From Candidatus Acidiferrales bacterium (lineage in GTDB: Archaea; Halobacteriota; Bog-38; Methanoflorentales; Methanoflorentaceae), in contig DASPRZ010000063.1 of assembly GCA_035624185.1 (NCBI GenBank), positions 2,349 through 66,348 on the forward strand: a stretch of DNA of 64,000 nucleotides, read 5' to 3'. The notes below the pieces were generated by a model. It was given only the letters and a program-made list of their open reading frames with translations. It searched no databases and was not told the origin of the DNA. Positions 61,743 through 64,000 of this stretch are shown piece by piece. Each line of letters starts with the position of its first letter. Position 1 is the stretch's first letter. The position numbers and the translations under genes are program-made.

Positions 61743-62042
61743 TCACTTTATCTCAGTTGTTTCTTTTTCTTGTTCATTAAGTGCTTTAAAAATGTGCTGT
61801 AATGCACTAAAATAAAACTCATAATCCGATAAGACCCGAATATAAACGGTGCTATCAACGTCCAAAAAACGAGAGAGATGAGCCAATCCATTCACGATTG
61901 CTACAAGATGATTTTTTGCATCTATCACGTCATTCAATTTTTCAGACATTTTTAGCCTCATTACTTTAGCCACTGAATTGTCGTAAATAACTTCTGATTT
62001 AATGCTACCTATTTTTATTGTTATACAAAGTTGAAAAATCAT
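61743..62042 (-). CDS. small hypothetical protein
   Basis: 99-aa ORF (or 68 aa from the internal MSEKLND..), predicted helical, with no recognisable motif. Confidence 0.25.
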   Translation of the reverse strand: MIFQLCITIKIGSIKSEVIYDNSVAKVMRLKMSEKLNDVIDAKNHLVAIVNGLAHLSRFLDVDSTVYIRVLSDYEFYFSALQHIFKALNEQEKETTEIK

Positions 62043-62778
62043 CTCTAATCTTATATGCTAAAACGCTAGGGCCGAATCGTGCTCTTGAAGTCAAAGCATG
62101 AATGAGTTCGAAGTAAAAAATACGACTACTAAAATAACTAACGAGCCAACAACTAATGAGCCAATAAGCGATCAACAAGCTAAATTTGGCAGTTCGGCGA
62201 GGTTTTACACAATTCTTGAATCGAAGCGACCAAATAATTATTAATCAAGCGTAATTTGTTGATTTAAAAACCCAAATCAAAATAAGAATTAAAATTTTAC
62301 ATGAAGATTTATGCGGTTCTTTGGTTAGTCTTTATAAATATGTTGTTAAAAAAAAGAAGCCGTGAGACGAAGTGCGGAGCTGAAAAACGGTTATATTAGA
62401 CCGTCTCTTGTCTGTAAAATGACAAAACTTATGATGAATAAGTTGTAGACCAGAGCTTGTTAAATACTTTTTTACCTTCAAATTTAGTGCTTTACTGTAA
62501 TATAGACGATAAATGTAAGGACTGAAGGTTAATAAAAGCCATTTGACAGTGACATATTAGGGAGTTACAGTACCATTAATGCTACCGTACTTAAAAAAAT
62601 TGACGCGATTTATATTCTAGGCTTGAAAAATGTGTAAATATATTGAACACCAAAGCACGTTTAAAGTTAAAAACGATAATATGTGTGCGTCTGAGTATGA
62701 CTAGCAAAATTTTTGCATAACTAGTTTTAATATAGAGTAAGATTTAGGTAAATCGATTAAATTACTTTCATAATAAGA

Positions 62779-62869
62779 TTTATATATTCTTGACACGAAT
62801 ATAACAAGATAGTGATAGATTTTTTAGATCTGTCACCGATAAAACTTATATACCTACAAATTGTATATA
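62779..62869 (+). promoter_or_regulatory. cluster of TATA-box-like elements 270-360 nt upstream of the 16S rRNA gene (candidate tandem rRNA promoters)
   Basis: TTTATATA at 62779-62786, CTTATATA at 62845-62852 and TGTATATA at 62862-62869. There is no intervening ORF before the 16S 5' end. Confidence 0.4.
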
Positions 62870-63140
62870 AGAATCTGGACTGATCTTTTGAAATGATGTC
62901 CATCGCGGCATTCATTCAGCCCTTATGTGGATTTTTCCAAATGTGATGGGTTGATCTCCAGCCGTGATAAATGAGGAAAGTGGAGTTTCAAGTTAGCTGG
63001 AAGTATGTGCCAGAAACCTTGTAACTGACGTTGGTCTTTATGGTGTTGGCTATTCCAACAAATAAATTGCTGGAATTAGCCAAGACGGACATGCACAATT
63101 TGCATAGTTCATCCGCATAATTCCTTGATAGTGTGCATTA

Positions 63141-64000
<860 letters not shown>

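Noticed and set aside
62426-62444. Hairpin aacttat-gatga-ataagtt containing ATGATGA, considered as the C box of a C/D box sRNA; also checked ATGATG-like sites at ~51975 and ~16808
   Set aside because: There is no CTGA D box at the required spacing, no C'/D' pair and no terminal stem. The sequence is more likely a simple hairpin in the rRNA upstream spacer.

Overview
This is a 64-kb chromosomal window from a low-GC euryarchaeon that uses the standard genetic code. TAA, TAG and TGA each terminate a conserved gene at the expected length.

Most of the window is information-processing genes:
- Left edge, minus strand: ksgA (runs off the window), DUF655, rpoF, rpl21e, pus10-trmY, aIF2-beta, rpl10e and fibrillarin-nop5.
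- Centre, 20.4-37.4 kb, plus strand: the complete archaeal S10/spc-type ribosomal-protein operon (SPOUT/DUF171, L3, L4, L23, L2, S19, L22, S3, L29, Rpp29, S17, L14, L24, S4e, L5, S14, S8, L6, L32e, L19e, L18, S5, L30, L15, secY), then adkA-cmk-cbf5.
- Right edge: the first ~860 nt of a 16S rRNA gene.

Housekeeping genes lie between these blocks: pyrD, nnr, nac, trmI, mobB, cobY-cobS-cobZ, purM, aspartate kinase, thg1, thermosome, an MFS transporter, enolase, an RFC small-subunit paralog and a Usp.

Several features suggest a methanogen or methanotroph lineage of the Methanosarcinales/Methanomicrobia type: beta-RFAP synthase (methanopterin), CobZ, a methanogenesis-marker-like ASKHA protein, the RfcS2-like paralog, the 16S 5' sequence (..CTGGTTGATCCTGCCAGAGG..), and many 0.5-2 kb AT-rich spacers without ORFs. 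This placement is inference only.

I found no CRISPR array, transposase, integrase, tRNA or recognisable defence system, and no clear-cut novel system. The loci most worth a second look are:
1. A three-gene operon of S2P(CBS), TraB/PrgY and a mini-S2P.
2. An exosortase/archaeosortase-family gene placed divergently from a GT4 plus polysaccharide-deacetylase pair.
3. A chorismate-lyase-like DUF98 gene next to beta-RFAP synthase.
4. An RFC small-subunit paralog with degenerate ATPase motifs.
5. A perfect 20-bp tandem duplication of the nac translation start.
6. Two conserved genes (thermosome, enolase) each broken by what looks like a missing T in a T-run.
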